Positions 1-11,100 of a stretch of DNA of 64,000 bases are shown one piece after another. A program made the position numbers and the translations under genes. The stretch is from Lama guanicoe (taxonomy: Eukaryota), in the NCBI GenBank assembly GCA_013239625.1, contig MU053493.1, positions 505,793 to 569,792 on the forward strand. Reading direction: 5' to 3'. How positions within the stretch are numbered: the stretch's first letter is position 1; the number at the start of each line of letters is the position of its first letter. The notes below the pieces were generated by a model, which saw only the letters and a program-made list of their open reading frames with translations, ran no database searches and was not told the origin of the DNA.

Positions 1-372
1 AACAAAAACAAGGGAACACATAGATTAGAGAACAAATTGGTGGTTGTCAGAAGTACAGGATGGGTGAAATGGGTGAACTCGGCCAAAAGGTACAAACTTT
101 CAGTTATAAGATAAATAAGTCCCAGGGATGGAATGTACAGCACAGTGACAATAGTTAACAATACTGTATTGAATATCTGAAAGTTGCTAAGAAAGCAAAT
201 CTTAAAAGTTCTTATCTCAAGAAAAAATTTGTGACAATCTCTGGGAATGGATGTTAACAAAATGTATTAAGTATACACATGTATATTGTTATGATATATG
301 TATCAGTATGTTGTTTGCCTGAAACTTACATAATGTTAAATGTCAATTATAGCTCAATAATAATAGTAAAAA
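1..372 (+). mobile_element. Old LINE-1 (L1MA/MB-type) 3' UTR fragment
   Basis: Typical L1M 3' motifs 'gtacaaactttcagttataagataaataag', 'atagttaacaatactgtattg', 'aaagttgctaaga', ending 'gtcaattatagctcaataa'. Confidence 0.85.
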
Positions 373-694
373 GAGCTAGGATACTTTTTTTCTGGCTCGA
401 GATTCAGGGAATGACCCCCCAATCAGAACAAGGAGCCAGCAAGGACTTCCATTCCAAGAAGTCTGATACTCTTGTGCGAGAGTACTCAGAACTGAAAGAA
501 TCAAACCGTGTCTTCACCATGCTTCAATAGACCTTTGCCTGGAGCACTCGGTCAGGAGGCTGGACTCACCAACAGATACCAAAATGGGAAGGACGACTTG
601 AGATCAGACAAAGGTCTCTGCAGCTGAAAGGTCTAGAAACTCCAAGGGTCCAGTGGTGGTTCTGATCCAAACCCAAGCCGTGGAGCCAGAAAAC

Positions 695-1199
695 TGTCAA
701 AGATAAAATCAGATGCTAGTTAAAGGTTCAAGAACAGATTTTTCATCAGAAATACACTGTTGTAATAAGGAAAGGGTCCAGCGTGAGCTGAACTCTGCTT
801 CTACTTGCTCAGAGGTGACTGAGCATCTCAAAGGGAGACTAAGGGAATAGAGGAGGGGGGTGGGGGTTCAGGAAAGTGAGAAGTTAGCAGAAAGTGGTAA
901 AGGAGGGGTGTCCGTCTGAGAGTTTGTTAAGGAGCACTCACCAAAGTCAGGCTCCCACAGAGACAGGAGCCCTATCTCCAAGAGTGGGATGAATAAACAG
1001 TGAATTCCTTCGGCTGAGTTTTCTCAGGCCTGCGCTTTCATGGGGGAAGGGAGGGTCCAGGGGCAACCCAGGGAGCAGCTTGAGCTGTTAGAAACTTGTT
1101 ACTTTTTTCTGAAGTCTTTACAGGCCAAGGAGATTGAGGCTTAGTCCAGAGGAGGGCTCAGAGGGGCCTGGCTAGTTTGGTCAGAGAGAATCTTTGTTA
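695..1199 (-). mobile_element. ERV1 solo LTR, MER67-like
   Basis: Reverse complement starts 'taacaaagattctctctgaccaaactagccaggcccctctgagccc' and ends 'tttatctttgaca'. It shares 'gagttcagctcacgctggaccc' with the LTR at 23.3-24.0 kb. Family assigned from memory. Confidence 0.7.
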
Positions 1200-1559
1200 G
1201 AGGCAATACGCCAAGGAAGAACGGCGTGGAGAGGAACAGAGGAAGGGCGGGAGGAAGGAAGAAAACCACCAGAAGCTGAGAGTGACCAAACAAAGGCAAT
1301 TTACGCTGAAGGAAAGATTATTTTTTAAGAACAAACTGTTAATAATCTACCAATACCAGATTTGGCTAACTACTGTCACATCACCCCTCAAACAGCTGAT
1401 GAATAGGATGCAGTAGGAAAGCGCTCTGTGGAGAGAAAGCGGAGAAAATCCCAAGGACTGTGTCGGGGAATCAAAGAGCCTCCAAGGAATACACAGAGGG
1501 ATCCAGGGCCAGCGAGCAACAGCGGGTAAACGCCTGCCCACCGCCCGACTGCGGCACCT

Positions 1560-1578
1560 GCGCGCCCCCTGCCGGCCC
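1560..1578 (-). promoter_or_regulatory. CTCF motif, reverse orientation
   Basis: Reverse complement GGGCCGGCAGGGGGCGCGC matches the CTCF core consensus TGGCCACCAGGGGGCGCTA. Confidence 0.65.
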
Positions 1579-1616
1579 CACCCGTCTTGCTCCTAGTCGA
1601 GTACCATCCATGTGCC

Positions 1617-2645
1617 GCTGAGGACCCCCTTCATCCGCGGTTCTCTGCGAGGACTGCTCTTGGCTCCCACATATGGACACCAGGTGGCGCTGTGACCCGC
1701 CGCTCCGAACGTTCTGATCGCTGTCTCCAACCCGCCTAGAAGTGCACAAGGACCAAGGAGACAGAAGGCTGCAACTCAAGCGGGGTGGGGAGGGGGTATA
1801 TGGGAAGGGGGAGACAGACAGGTGAACACGAGCACTCAAAGTCCCTCACACTTGCTCTGCGCGGGCCCAGAACCCCTACTGGAACTCTCCAGGGACCTCC
1901 CCAGTAGGCAGGGACCATCCTCACTTGTTTTGTCTTCCCAACACGCAGATCTCATGAGCCTGGGGTAAATGTCAAGGAACAACACCCAGACGTTCAAAAT
2001 AACTCAACACCCAGACATTTCTCAGTGGGCTGTCCCTGCTTCACTTCCTGCCCTCTCTCACCTGGCCAGTCCCACCAAGCTCTGCCCTCCATGTTCCGGA
2101 CATCTTCACAAGTTACCGTCCCTCTGTTCCCTCAGATGCACTGGCCTTGCCTGAGGTGGGGACAGGCTTTTCATTTTCTCCCCGCCCCCTGCCCCGCCTG
2201 CTGTTTGCCTCCCTCCCTGCTCCTCACACTTGAGCACTTCCTCAGATAAGCTCCTCCAAGAGGCTTTCCTTGTGTGTCCTGCCCCAGGTCCTGTTCCTGT
2301 TTTGGAGCTCCCAAGCACAGCTGTCTACTCACAGTTTAGTTTTCTGAATCCCCACTGGACTGAAATCTCAGAAAATACAGAAACTTCACCTGTGCTAATC
2401 CCCCATGACCACCCCTCACATGTAGTGGACACAGAGTGACAGAGAAGATTTTCTTCTCACTGAGGTTCAAAACCAAATAAGGCTATTTCAGTCTCTCACA
2501 TCTCTCACCTCTAATCTTGTTATCTTCCTTATAGCCCCCTAGTCTCTGCAAATATGAACTCTGAATCTGAATATGCTCCCCTAGGGAGTCAGCACTGCAG
2601 GGTGAGAAATTACAGGACACACAGGGCTCCTTCCCCTCTCCTTTG
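1617..2645 (+). repeat. ~1 kb direct duplication, copy A (partner 28538-29558)
   Basis: Read-through comparison shows near identity. ORF translations 1969-2154 and 28881-29066 are identical. Confidence 0.97.
1674..1692 (+). promoter_or_regulatory. CTCF motif, forward
   Basis: TGGACACCAGGTGGCGCTG, a close match to the 19-bp CTCF consensus. Confidence 0.8.
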
Positions 2646-2774
2646 CACCCATGCTTTCCCTCTCAGTGGGGTATCTCACCTTGCCACAGTCAAGTTAACT
2701 AAGCATTCTCCAAGAATCATCTCAGAAGTTGGTGCTCCTTTTATAAACCATTTCAAACATCAGTTCTACATTTC

Positions 2775-3485
2775 ATAAATTTTGATATGCACATTTTCTT
2801 ACATTTTCAATCCTAGAGAAAAAAAACCTCATATAATCAATGGCATCTCAAAGAGCACATTGTCATCGCACACACACATGAACTTGGTCTGAAAACCTCT
2901 CGCTGGCATTTTCTACCTCTATAAGGGTAGATATAGATAAAGATTCTGTGTAACATATGTGTAAATGTCTCAAAAAATCTGAATGTATACACAAGTTTAA
3001 ATGGTACTATGGAATGACATTGAAAAATAAATACCATGAATAGTTAAATTTTAACGTGTAAGCTTCTGTAATTTTTTAATGTATACAGTATGTTTTTATT
3101 CTATAATTTAAAAGGTATTCTAATCCTCTATTCATTGAGGTCCTTCACCAGTGGCTTGAGGGAAGTTTCAGGGACAGAGTGTTTTCTAATTAAGAAATTC
3201 TACATCACATCTCCATTAACAGCATGACATGGGACACTATGGATACTGATGACTCTGAGTGCAAACTGGATTCTGAAGATATGGATGCAGGTTGTGAAAA
3301 TACTTATTGGAACCTAACTAATTGGTTTTTTATGTATATAGGAGCTATTTATGTGTTATTTAAAGGGCTCTTTCAACAAGTACAAGCTAAGGATTATGAG
3401 CGTTTTAGAGTATAATGCAATTGGGCACTTTTCTTTCATTATGCTGCATCTTAAACTGATGATTTTTCGATTTGATGGCATATGC
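2775..3485. mobile_element. Tc2/Kanga (MER104-like) DNA transposon fossil in two pieces (~2775-2860 and ~3185-3485)
   Basis: Motifs 'atgcacattttcttacatttt..caatggcatctc', 'gactctgagtgcaaactggattctgaaga' and 'gcatcttaaactgatg..gatttgatg' resemble my recollection of Kanga-family consensus. Confidence 0.4.
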
Positions 3486-4304
3486 TTAAAACCCACCCTT
3501 TTGCAAAAGGAAACAGTGGAAATTCTAATTTTGACCTTCCTACTTGTATTACAACTACCAGTTTTTTCTCTGTCTTCTTTTGAATATTATTTGAATTATT
3601 CTGTCATCTAAATACTATCAATCAAAAATCTAAAGTTTGGTCTACAGAAATCTTTCAGTTGAAGTCTGCAGAAGAGATAAAACAGAAAATTATTGCAAAA
3701 TTAAAATGTTTTAAAGATAAAAAATATCTAAGGAACTTCCACCTGAAATTAGCATGTTTTGGGCTACTCTACCCAGTGGGGAAGAACATGGCCACTGAAT
3801 CTATGAAGTAAAATGACAGGTACAAAGGGTCGTGGTTCCTAAAACCAGTAATTACTGGAAAAAGTTAAATTGAAATCCCAGGAAAAATCTGTTTAGCTTA
3901 TCAATACCTAGAGCAGGGGAAATGGGAACACATTATCATTCCCAGTGATAAACATGCTACATTTCATAATTTACATGAAGTAAATTACATGAACGTAGGG
4001 AAATGTTTAATATCCTATAATTGTGCTTTTAGTCTTTTATGAAGGAGCAAAATAGATAATTATTCTAGTAATGCTTCAAATATCAAGAACTTTTCTGGTG
4101 GCACACATTTTGTAGTCAAGATAATATAAAGCTTGAATTCACAGATTACTAAGTCTGAGGGACCACATCAACTCTATCCACATTTTTTAAATGTTCCATA
4201 ATCTAATAATTCAAAAATATGTATCTGATGTCAAAATTATTCCATACTCTGTTGTAGGAAATGGTGACATAGCTGTGATTAAAAAAAAAAAAAGAATTAC
4301 CTGC

Positions 4305-5722
4305 TCCACTGAAGACATACAAATGGACAATAGGCACATGAAAAAAATGCTCAATATCACTAATCATCAGAGAAATGCAAACTAAAACAACAATGAGGTA
4401 TCATGTCACACCAGTCAGAGTGGCCATCATTCAAAAGTCCACAAATGATAAATGCTGGAGAGACTGTGGAGTAAAGGGATCTCCTACACTGCTCATGGAA
4501 ATGCAGTTTGGTGCAGACATTATGGAAAACAGTATGGAGAGTCCTCAAAAGACTAAAAATAGACTTACCATATGACCCAGCAATCCCACTCATGGGCATA
4601 TATTCAGTGGGAGTGCTAATTCAAAAAGATACACTGGATAAAGAAGATGTGGTATATTTATACAATGGAATACTACTCAGCCATAAAAATCCACAACATA
4701 ATGCCATTTGCAGCAACATGGATGCTCCTGAAGAATGTCATTCTAAGTGAAGTAAGCCAGAAAGAGAAAAAGAAAAATACCATATGAGATCGCTCATATG
4801 TGGAATCTAAAAAAAAAAAAAAACCAAACAAACAAAGCATAAATACAAAACAGTAATAGAGTCATAGACATAGAATACAAACTTGCGGTTGCCAAGGGGG
4901 CAGAGAGTGGGAAGGGATAGATGGGATTTCAAAATTGTAGAATAGATAAACAAGATTATACTGTATAGCACAGGGAAATATACACAAGATCTTATGGTAG
5001 CTCACAGAGAAAACAAATGTGACAATGAGTATATATATGTTCACGTATAACTGAAAAATTGTGCTCTACACTGGAACTTGACACAACATTGTAAAATGAT
5101 TATAAATCAATAAAAACGTAAAAAGAAAAAGATACATGCACCTCAATGTTCATAGCAGCAGTATTTACAATAGCCAAGACATGAAAACAACCTAAATGTC
5201 CATCTACAGATGACTGGATAAATAAGCTGTGGTATAATTTCTATAATGGAATACTACTCAGCCATAAAAAAGAATAAAATAATGCCATTTGTAGCAACAT
5301 GGATAGACCTGGAGATCGTCATTCTAAGTGAAGTAAGCCAGAAAGCAAAATACCATATGACATCACTTATATGTGGAATCTAAAAAAAAAAAGGCACAAG
5401 AGAACTTATTTATGAAACAGAAATAGACTCACAGACATAGAAAACAAACTTATGGTTATCAGGGGGGTGGGAAGGGATAAATTGGGAGTTAAGATTTGCA
5501 CATACTAAATACTATATATAAAATAGATAAACAACAAGTTTCTGTTGTACAGCTACTGTATACAGGGAACTGTATTCAATATCCTGCAGTAACCTATGCT
5601 GAAAAAGAATACGAAAAAGAATATATGTATATATATGTATGACTGAGGCATTACGCTGTGCACCAGAATTTTATGCAACATTGTAACTGACTATACTTCA
5701 GTAAAAACAAATTACCCCCCTC
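4305..5722 (+). mobile_element. 5'-truncated artiodactyl/camelid L1 (ORF2 end plus 3' UTR) hosting a nested L1
   Basis: ORF2 C-terminal peptides ([37 protein letters not shown]). TSD aaaaaaagaat(t/c)acctgc at 4287-4304 and 5723-5740. Confidence 0.92.
4634..5125 (+). mobile_element. Younger L1 3' fragment nested in the older L1
   Basis: TSD aaaaagataca at 4623-4633 and 5126-5136. Its 3' UTR is close to that of the 9276-10160 element. Confidence 0.88.
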
Positions 5723-5837
5723 AAAAAAAGAATCACCTGCAGTCGACTCTATTCTGTTTCTCCCAAGTACTTGTACATAGTTGTGTAAATCCTCTTCTGT
5801 TGATGTATACAATCTCTCAGAGGTGTCTCTTCAGAGA

Positions 5838-6255
5838 TAAGACAGACAGATAATGACAAATAATGATTATATGACTTGTATGTGGAATCTAAGAAAAAAC
5901 AGACTCATAGAAACAGAGAGGAATACTGCTTTCCCGGTGCTGGGAGGCAGGAAAAATAGGGAGACGGTTGTCAAAGGGCACAAACTTACAGTAAGATCAA
6001 TGAGTTCTAAGGATATAATACACAGCCTAGCAATTATAGTTAACAATACTGTATTCCATAATTAAAAGTTGCTAAGAAACTAGATCTTAATTATTCTCAT
6101 CACAAAAACGAAATGATAATTATGTGATGTGATGGAGGGGTTAGCTAAGACTATGGTGGTAATCACACTGCAATCTATAAGTGTATGAAATAAACACATT
6201 GTACACTTTAAGCCTACCCAAAATGATACTTCAATTATACCTCAATTAAAAATTG
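5838..6255 (+). mobile_element. Old L1M 3' end
   Basis: 'tgtggaatctaagaaaaaacagactcatagaaacagagag', 'atagttaacaatactgtatt', 'caattatacctcaattaaa'. Confidence 0.85.
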
Positions 6256-8564
6256 ATTCATTTTGAAATGCCCCCTCCAAAAAAAAACAATTTAGAAATA
6301 AGTTTGCAAGAGATGCTCTTGTGCCTCTTAAAGCCACAGAGAGGTCAGGCACCAAGTTGCCGGCACATCTTCCATGCTTTCTGGCACCAACCAGGACTCT
6401 AAGCAGACCTGCAGGAGTTTTTGTAATTACTTGTTTGTCCTCTTTCAAGTGAATGAAGGGTGCACTCAGATTTCTGTGGGCCATTTTACCTACCTAGTCC
6501 ATTCCTTCTCCCAGTGGAATGGAGCACAGCCTGTATTAAGTACATTTTTTTTCAATTTAAGGGCAGGGATGGTAACATCATTTTTGTTACCAACATCTCG
6601 AATCTTTGTCTTTTCAAAGACAAAGGCCAGGTCTCATCTCTTTCTTAGAGGATTCTGGCCTCCCAGTAAGTACCATATAGGACATTCTTCTCTGATTTTT
6701 AGAGTCAATCAAAGGACATTCTTGCCTGTAGTTTAATGCCAAACCTATTGACAAGATATTCCTTGTCTATGGTTTAATGCAATCCCTAATTACAGGACCT
6801 ACAGTAATATGTGGGCTGACACTCGGAGCCAGAGCCAGAGTTAGGAGATAACATAAGACCGCAGTGTGTGCCCACAGAATGCATTGCTGGGGGAGGTGGG
6901 AGATCACACAGTGAGCAAAGTAGAAGGTAAGACAGCCGAAAGACTCTTAAAGGGCCGGTAACCATCTCAAGTGGTTTGAGCTGACAATGATACTTAATAC
7001 TTAAAAGAGCATTTGATGGTTTCTGATTGTGTCACGTCAGATCTCTGTCTTGCCAGTGAGGGCAGGGGCCACAGCAAGACATGTGGCCACAGGTAGTCTC
7101 AGTGTTTTCACCTCTAACATGTGGAAAATAAATGTACCATTGGGACTTTTTGAGGATGAAAACAATAAATGCATGTAAGAAATAACTAAAATCATCACTA
7201 ATAGTCATTGAACTCATTTGAGGTGTCCGACCTTGTCCAAAGCCATTCTTATAAACTGTGTCGGGGTACAGCTAATGTGAGCCATGGCTTTGACTGAACG
7301 TCAGGTGGTTCTCTCTTGAAAACAGTAAAGCCCTGCACATAGAAGCCACAATTCAACTAGCAGGAATGAAACTGGAGCAGGGGAACTTCTTACCTGGGTA
7401 CATGTCTCACGTGACTGCCACTCGTGTGCACCTTTGATTGGAATCCCAATCCCTTCCTCAAGCGCCGCCCAGAATTGGAGGGAAAGGAGGAAAGCTACTC
7501 ACTGAGGATTCAGGACTGGAGATCAGGTGGGTGCTGGATCAGTGAGGACATTCTTAAACTCAAGAGTCCTTGGCCTGTTCGCCCTAGGATTTTACCATGT
7601 ATAAGAAAGGTAGTTTCATACCTTGATGCTTAAAACATAACGAAACAATGCCTGGGCAACATTCCGAAAGCAATAATCCACAAGAAGAAGCGTCAAAGTC
7701 TTCCTTCAACTTTTTCTTCTCCCCTCAGCCTCTGTTCTCTCCTCTGGTTATTTGTCCCCGGTGTGGCTTAGGAGGGAAACTGATTCATTACTACGAACAG
7801 ATAAGAGAGGTTCAGGTAAGAAAAACAGAGGGTAGTAAAATAGCTAATAAAAGCAAAGCAGTTAAAATTATTAAAAATTATAAATCAGGTGATACATGCT
7901 TTATAAATATGGAAATAGTTCTGAGTCTATCTAGTAAAATGAGTCAAAGATAATTGTGCCATTGTATGATATGAGAAGATATAAAAAGTAATTCAGTAAC
8001 ATCCAGTAATATTTTTTTTTAAAAAGACACCTTCTGACTCTATGAATCTCCCCTACAAAAATGTTTTCATGTGTTAAGTTGTATGCCTAGGGATGTTTAT
8101 TTCAACACTGTATCTTGTAGCAAAATGCTTTAACAACAAACAAACAGAAACATTAATATTTAAATATCAAGGAAAAAACAGTAAATTGGAAAATCATTGT
8201 GGTCTAATGATACAATGAATTATTATGGAAACTTGTGAGAACAAAATGTTAAAGCATCTAAAAACTGTCCACCACAACTAGGGGCTACAGAACCTCATGG
8301 AATGTATATCCCAGCATAGTGATGAGGAACGTGGTCTCCAAAGAGAAAGACTGAGCCTAGTGCCATGATCTTAGCACTTCTTATTCCTGTTGCACCCAAT
8401 CCCTCCTCTCTTCTTCGTACACTTTGTTTACTACATAATGCATACATTTACCATGAGTGTTAATCAAGTAATGAAAGATAAGTATAATCAGTACCCGGAA
8501 TATACAAAATTCTTGACAAACACTGGCAGTGATTAATATTATTACAATTGTACTCTGCATATCT

Positions 8565-9105
8565 GTCAGTGGATGAATGGATAAATAAGATGTGGTGTGT
8601 ATCTGTACAACTGAATGTTATTCAGGCATGAGAAAGAAGGAAACCCTGCCACTTGTGACAACATGGATAAAACTTGAGGGCATGATGCTAAATGAAATAT
8701 GTCAGGCAGAGAAAGACAACTATTGCATGATATCATTTGTGTATGGAATCTAAGAAGGGTAAACTCACAGAAACTGAGAGTAGAGTGGTACCAGGGACTG
8801 GGAGTTAGTGGAAATAGATGTTGGTAAAGGGTACAAATTTCTAATTATAAAGTAAGTACTGGGGATCTAATGTACAGCATGCTAATTATAGCTAATAATC
8901 CTGTATTATATATTTGGAAGTTGCTAAGTAGATATTAAATGTTCTTACCACAAAAAATAAACAGTAATTATGTGACATGACTGAGGTATTCACTAATGCT
9001 AGTGTGGTAATCATTTTGAAATATGTAAGTATATCAAATCAACATGTTGTAAATCTTAAACTTACATAATGTGATGTCAGTTATATCTCAGTACAGCTGG
9101 AAAAA
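8565..9105 (+). mobile_element. Old L1M 3' end
   Basis: 'gtggatgaatggataaataagatgtgg..catggataaaacttgagggcatgatgctaaatgaaatatgtcaggcagagaaagacaa'. Confidence 0.88.
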
Positions 9106-9275
9106 ATTACACCATTAAAAAATCCATGCTTGCTAAAATATTACAAGTAGACTACTGTATAAACTTAAGGTAATAAATTTGCTGCCATTTTACTCAAAAT
9201 TTGTATAATATGTTAACCTTCAAAATAATTTTTTAGTTAAAAGATGTGGTTGAGTTTTTTTAAGAATTTTGTGGC

Positions 9276-10160
9276 TTTTCAAAAAGCACATGAAAAAATG
9301 CTCAATATCACTAATTATCAGAGAAATGCAAATCAAAACTACAATGAGGTATCACCTCACACCAGTCAGAATGGCTGTCATTCAAAATTCCACAAAGGAC
9401 AAATGCTGGAGAGGCTGTGGAGAAAGGGGAACCCTCCTACACTGCTGGTGCGAATGCAGTTTGGTGCAGCCACTATGGAAAACAGTGTGGAGATTCCTCA
9501 AAAGACTAGGAATAGACTTACCATATGACCCAGGAATCCCACTCCTGGGCTTGTACCCAGAAGGAAATCTACTTCAGGATGACACCTGCACCCCAATGTT
9601 CATAGCAGCACTATTTACAATAGCCAAAACATGGAAACAACCTAAATGTTCATCAACAGGTGACTGGATAAAGAAGATGTGGTATATTTATACAATGGAA
9701 TACTACTCAGCCATAAAAACCGACAACATAATGCCATTTGCAGCAACATGGATGCTCCTGGAGAATGTCATTCTAAGTGAAGTAAGCCAGAAAGAGAAAG
9801 AAAAATACCATATGAGATCGCTCATATGTGGAATCTAAAAAACAAAAACAAACAAACAAACAAAAACAAAGCATAAATACAGGACAGAAATAGACTCATG
9901 GACAGAGAATACAGACTTGTGGTTACCAGTGGGGTGGAGGGTGGGAAGGGATAGACTGGGATTTCAAAATTGTAGAATAGATAAACAAGATTACACTGTA
10001 TAGCACAGGGAAATATACACAAAATGTTATGATAACTCACAGAGAAAAAAATGTGACAATGAGTGTGTATATGTTCATGAATGACTGAAAAATTGTGCTG
10101 AACACTGGAATTTGACACAACATTGTAAAATGATTATAAATCAATAAAAAATGTTAAAAA
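9276..10160 (+). mobile_element. Young 5'-truncated L1 with uninterrupted ORF2 C-terminus (ORF 9269-9838)
   Basis: Translation [55 protein letters not shown] is the L1 ORF2 C-terminal Cys-rich region. PolyA signal and tail present. TSD aaga(a/g)ttttgtggc at 9262-9275 and 10161-10174. Confidence 0.96.
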
Positions 10161-10707
10161 AAGAGTTTTGTGGCAAAATCATAAGTTAAAAATGGTGGTC
10201 TTGGAAACAAATAAACTTCTGCATTTAAAATTCAACCATCCATTCCAGAGAAGAACATAAAAATTCAAACTCAATTACCAGGACATCAGCAACAAGAGAT
10301 GACATGCAAAGGATATGAAGAGGGAACAGAACGTGGATTCAGAGGGACCTTCATCATCGAACTCTGAGAGCTCCCCAGGGAGGCTTACATGGATGAGAAG
10401 GTTGTTAACTGGAAACCTGTGGCCACTTCTGATGGGAGGGAGGTCTTGGCTTTGCTCTTAATAATCCTTTGACTGCAGAGTCTGTCCTTGAAGTCTAGGC
10501 TTTGTCTCTGTAGCTTTTCAGATGCAAGGCTTGACAATAAGACCCTCAGTGTTCCTAAGACAGATAACCACCCCCATCATGAACATGGCATATGATGATT
10601 TCTAAATCTAGACACACTGTAATAGTGAGTATTTCCACAGTCCTTCAGATGTTTTCACGCTGCAGCACTATGGCTTTCCTGGGGTTTCCCTCACTCCATT
10701 AGGCATG

Positions 10708-11100
10708 TGTCTCAGTCAGCTTGGGCTAGTGTAACAGAATATGAAGGATGGATGACTTAGGCAACAGACTTCTTTTCTCACAGTTTTGGAGACTGGTAAA
10801 TCCAAGATCAAGGTGCCAGGGGATTCAGTTACTAGTATGGACCCTCATTCTGGCTAACAGATAGCTGCCTTCCGTGTGCTTATGTGGCCTTTCTTCATTG
10901 AGTGTACTCAGAGATAGATAAATAGATAGCTATGTTCCTCTTCATATAAATGCATCAATCACATCATGAGGGCTCAGGATCTCATCCTCAAGACTTAATC
11001 TAAATATAATTATCTCCCAAAGGTCACAACTCCAAGTAAACGGGAGATAGGGATTCAACATATGTTCTGTGGGGTAAGCATAAACATTCAGTGCCTAACA
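10708..11100 (-). mobile_element. MaLR solo LTR (MLT1A-like)
   Basis: 'tgtctcagtcagcttgggct..ttctcacagttttggagactggtaaatccaagatcaaggtgcca..attcagtgcctaaca'. Confidence 0.85.

Noticed and set aside
9269..9838. 189-aa ORF as a host gene
   Set aside because: It is the L1 ORF2 C-terminus inside a TSD-flanked truncated retroposon.
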